Positions 29,165 to 31,869 of a stretch of DNA of 31,869 bases are shown piece after piece. Origin of the DNA: Myxococcales bacterium (GTDB lineage: Bacteria; Myxococcota_A; UBA9042; JABWCM01; BTVJ01); NCBI GenBank assembly GCA_045863395.1, contig BTVJ01000087.1:1-31869 (forward strand), in the 5' to 3' direction. Position 1 is the stretch's first letter, and the number at the start of each line of letters is the position of its first letter. The position numbers and the translations under genes were made by a program. The notes below the pieces were generated by a model. That model saw only the letters and a program-made list of their open reading frames with translations. It was not told the origin of the DNA and ran no database searches.

Positions 29165-29525
29165 ATGTGGACCCCCACCGTGAGACTGCGCACCGCGCTC
29201 GGGCACCGCGCCCTGGCCGTCGTCCTGATCGCGCTGGCCGCGACCGCGTGCGAGACGGGGGCTGATCCGCTGGACGGGACGTGGGTCGGGCGGGTCGACG
29301 GGACCGACTTCGTCGTCGCGGTCACGGTCGCCAGCGGGGAGGCCCGCGCCTACCTCTGCGACGGCGACGTGACGCGCGCCACCTGGACCCGGTGGCTCGG
29401 AGGTGATGCCAGCGACGGCGACTTCACCGCGACGGCCGCTGGCTGGACCGTGACGGGCAGCGCTGGGGGCGACGGCTCCCTGGCCGGCAGCGTGGCGGGA
29501 CCCGAGGGCACGAGGGCCTTCACAG
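29165..29525 (+). pseudogene. 5' part of a lipoprotein gene, apparently truncated near 29525
   Basis: Signal and lipobox ALAVVLIALAATAC; protein-like sequence up to GPEGTRAFT, then the frame drifts into repeats and the antisense of other fragments. End approximate. Confidence 0.55.
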
Positions 29526-29594
29526 AGGAACATCGGTTGGCTGCAGCCTACGAATCTACGGTTCTGGGCAAGGGGGAGCGGAATGCGCATGGTT

Positions 29595-29651
29595 GCCGTG
29601 CCCGTGCCCGTCCCGCGTGTCCCGTGCTCGTTTCCGTGCAGCGTGCCCGTT
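29595..29651. repeat. Degenerate hexanucleotide tandem repeat (CCCGTG/CACGGG)n
   Basis: gccgtg cccgtg cccgtc ... cccgtg ctcgtt tccgtg ... cccgtt, directly downstream of the four-helix-bundle remnant. Confidence 0.65.
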
Positions 29652-29658
29652 GTCCGGG

Positions 29659-29802
29659 TCAGATGCCAGGCTTTGTCAGCATGGCTACGAGCCGAACAAG
29701 CAACTCCTTCGGCCGCACGTGCCTCGCGGGATCGATGACCCGCAGCACCTGCATCACGTCGAGGATCGCGGCGCACTCGTACGCCGAACCCCGCGCGAAT
29801 AG
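29659..29802 (-). pseudogene. 3' half of a four-helix-bundle protein gene (TIGR02436 / 23S-IVS protein / Avd-like)
   Basis: Not in the ORF track. Translates ARGSAYECAAILDVMQVLRVIDPARHVRPKELLVRLVAMLTKPGI*. In-frame TAG at 29803-29805 just upstream; no N-terminal half. Confidence 0.8.
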
Positions 29803-29834
29803 CTACACGCCCTTCACGGCCGCCTTCGGGCGGC

Positions 29835-30845
29835 TCAGCCCTGGGCGGCGCCCAGCCCGGCCGCCTGCGACTGGAGGTCCGAGACGATCTCCTGGAGCTG
29901 CGCCTGCACGCTTGCCCCGGAGATGTAGGCGTGCGCTGCGGCGGCGATGGCGCTCGCGTTGTGCGCGCCCGCCGCGGCGGACAGATGCGCGTTCAGCCAC
30001 GCGAGGAGCTGCGAGAGCTGGCCGTCCACGTTGCCCGCGGGGAGCGCGTTCGGCGCTCCAGCGACCGCGTCGGCACCGACACGCTGGGCGCCCGGGTTGC
30101 CTGCGACGGCAGAGGACAGGTCGTCGACGATCTCGTCGAGCGCACCCTTGACCGTGTTCGCCGCGACGAAGCCGTGGGGAGGGTAGTCGATGTGCGCGGC
30201 CGGATGCCGGCGCGCGGCCCCCGTGAAGTGGTCGTTCAGCTCGGCGTCGATCTCGTCGAGCGCCGCCTGCACCGTGTTGCCCGCGGGCTGGAGGATGTTC
30301 CAGAGGCCGCTCACGATCTCGACGGCATCGCCCTGCGCGAAGATGAAGGCCTGCCGCCGGGACGTGTCGATGTCGGGCGCGAGGATCTGCGCCTGGCCGT
30401 TCGTGCGCCGGACGTCGCAGACGAGCAGCTCGTCGGCGACGAGCGGGACCTTCACGGCCGCGCCGATGGCGGCGGGCGCTCCCTGGCGCACGACGATCTC
30501 GAAGGACTCGTCGCGCCGGAGGAAGACCTGCTGCGAGTTGCCGTCGGTGCGCGGGTCGCTGAGCAGCCGCTCGAAGCGCAGGAACACGCCGAGCCACCGC
30601 TCCTGCCCGGCGACGGGCAGGGAGGTAGGGATGCCCGCGTGGTCCACCGAGCAGTCCACCGTCTGCCCGCTCCCGAAGAAGATCCGCTGGCCGAGGTTGT
30701 CGTAGGCGCGTCCGGGCGCGGTCAGGTCGATGGTGAGGTCGGGGACCGGCGCGTGTGGCGTCGGCTCGGCGCCCGAGATGATCCCGTAGATCCCGACGTC
30801 AGCCGCAAGGTTGCGGTCGGCCTTCTCGAGCAGCTCGAACGCGAG
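29835..30845 (-). pseudogene. Fragment of a phage tail-fibre-like gene
   Basis: [21 protein letters not shown]...[13 protein letters not shown], then four [14 protein letters not shown] helical repeats with HxAxxI spacers. No start of its own; ends abruptly at a hairpin. The phage assignment is from recall of myxobacterial prophage proteins. Confidence 0.6.
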
Positions 30846-31450
30846 GAAGACGTCGCCGAAGCGGTCGCCCTCCGCGAGCAGCAGGTCGGCCACCTCCTGG
30901 AGGCACGCGATGAAGCGCCGGAGGTCTCCGGTGACGTCCGCGCGGCGGTTGTAGCGCGGCACCATCGACCAGAGGTCGAAGCGGCGCTCCGCCGGGCGAG
31001 GTGGGCGGAACCCGGTGAAGACGGCTCGGTCGTCCGGTCCGAGGATGGGATTGAAGTGGACGTCGGCCACACCGGCGACGGCGGCCTCGTAGGCGATGTC
31101 GGGCGTCATCTCCGTGTGGAGCGTGACGGTCACGACGGTCCCCGCGGCTTCGGCCGACACCGGCGCGAGCGGCACGGCCGGGAAGCCGAGCGGCGTGAAC
31201 GCGAAGGCCGACGGATCGGTCACGAGCACGTCCTCGTCGAAGCCGATCTGCACGACGCGCCGGGCGGTCGCCTGGGCTGACACCACCCTTGGGGCGGTCC
31301 GATCCTCGGCGGTGAAGACGTAGGACTGGTCGAGGGCGTGTGCGCCACCGTTGGTCGCGGAGACGACCAGCACCTCGACGACGGCCTGGCTGGCGAAGGG
31401 CACGAGCGGGTCCAGGACGACGCGCAGCGTGTCCGCCGTCTCGACGACGC
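30846..31450 (-). pseudogene. Internal fragment of a phage tail/baseplate-like gene with Ig-like domains
   Basis: [58 protein letters not shown]. Sequence above ~31450 in this frame is not protein-like. Family from recall. Confidence 0.55.
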
Positions 31451-31705
31451 ATGCGGCTCGGGCCTGCGCGGACCCGGCGGTGATCACCCCGTCGGCCGGT
31501 GGACAGTCCGTGATAGGAGAGTCCGCGATGGCCTTCGCCGGTGCCGGGGAGGCATATCGGGCACTCGTTCGGGCGATACAGCCCCCCCGGGAGCCCGAGG
31601 ACATGCGGTACGGGCTCCGAGCCCTCCGGCGGAAGGCGACCAGGGCCCTCATCCTGGTCGCCACTCTCTTGTGGTCCTGCGAAGACGCTCGCCCCCCTTC
31701 CGACC

Positions 31706-31869
31706 GACAGCCCGGAGTCTCTCCGCGAGCTCCAGTTGGGGTACGGCGCCGAGATCGGCCGCGCAGTGGTCACCTTCGAGGGCCCGATGATCTTCGTGGT
31801 CACCGGCCGCTACGACGGCGGCGCCTACGTGGTCTTCTCCAAGGCCCTCAACCCGAGCCTGACGGCGCT
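31706..31869 (+). pseudogene. Internal fragment of an acyl-CoA carboxylase carboxyltransferase domain
   Basis: Not in the ORF track. Translates [49 protein letters not shown], matching the recalled [27 protein letters not shown] motif. The in-frame upstream sequence is unrelated. Confidence 0.7.

Noticed and set aside
29526..30151. C-terminal half of the 328 aa ORF 29165..30151 as real protein
   Set aside because: It reads through repeats and the antisense of the four-helix and phage fragments; composition is not protein-like.
29659..31450. Diversity-generating retroelement (Avd-like gene beside a phage tail gene)
   Set aside because: No reverse transcriptase and no TR/VR pair differing at adenines was seen; the Avd-like gene is only a half.

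Overview
GC-rich bacterial chromosomal DNA, most likely Myxococcota-like (inferred from a MYXO-CTERM-type tail, Cys-rich repeat exoproteins and many lipoproteins with acidic linkers). 1-8 kb: a giant Cys-repeat exoprotein (5' end missing), a secreted protein, a vWA lipoprotein, a 4-repeat Cys lipoprotein, PAP2 and DoxX membrane proteins. 8-9.6 kb: a small accessory patch holding a zinc-ribbon membrane gene with an in-frame TGA exactly at a Cys position, and a Phd/YefM-VapC toxin-antitoxin pair. 9.6-18 kb: exported redox and phosphotransfer proteins (pentaheme cytochrome c lipoprotein, a lipoprotein with PEP-synthase-type phospho-His and ATP-grasp domains, a CX4CH cytochrome-like lipoprotein, a copper monooxygenase lipoprotein), followed by APH-type kinase, SLOG-like and SpoIIAA-like genes. 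18-27.6 kb: small proteins, a secreted hydrolase-like protein, serA, a MYXO-CTERM Cys-repeat protein, ygiQ and an AAA+PD-(D/E)XK gene. 28.3-31.9 kb: a Uma2 nuclease, then a patchwork of unrelated gene fragments (lipoprotein 5' part, four-helix-bundle 3' part, two fused phage-tail-like pieces, an acyl-CoA carboxylase piece). No rRNA, tRNA, CRISPR array, integrase or transposase was seen. All family calls come from motif recognition by eye, not database searches.
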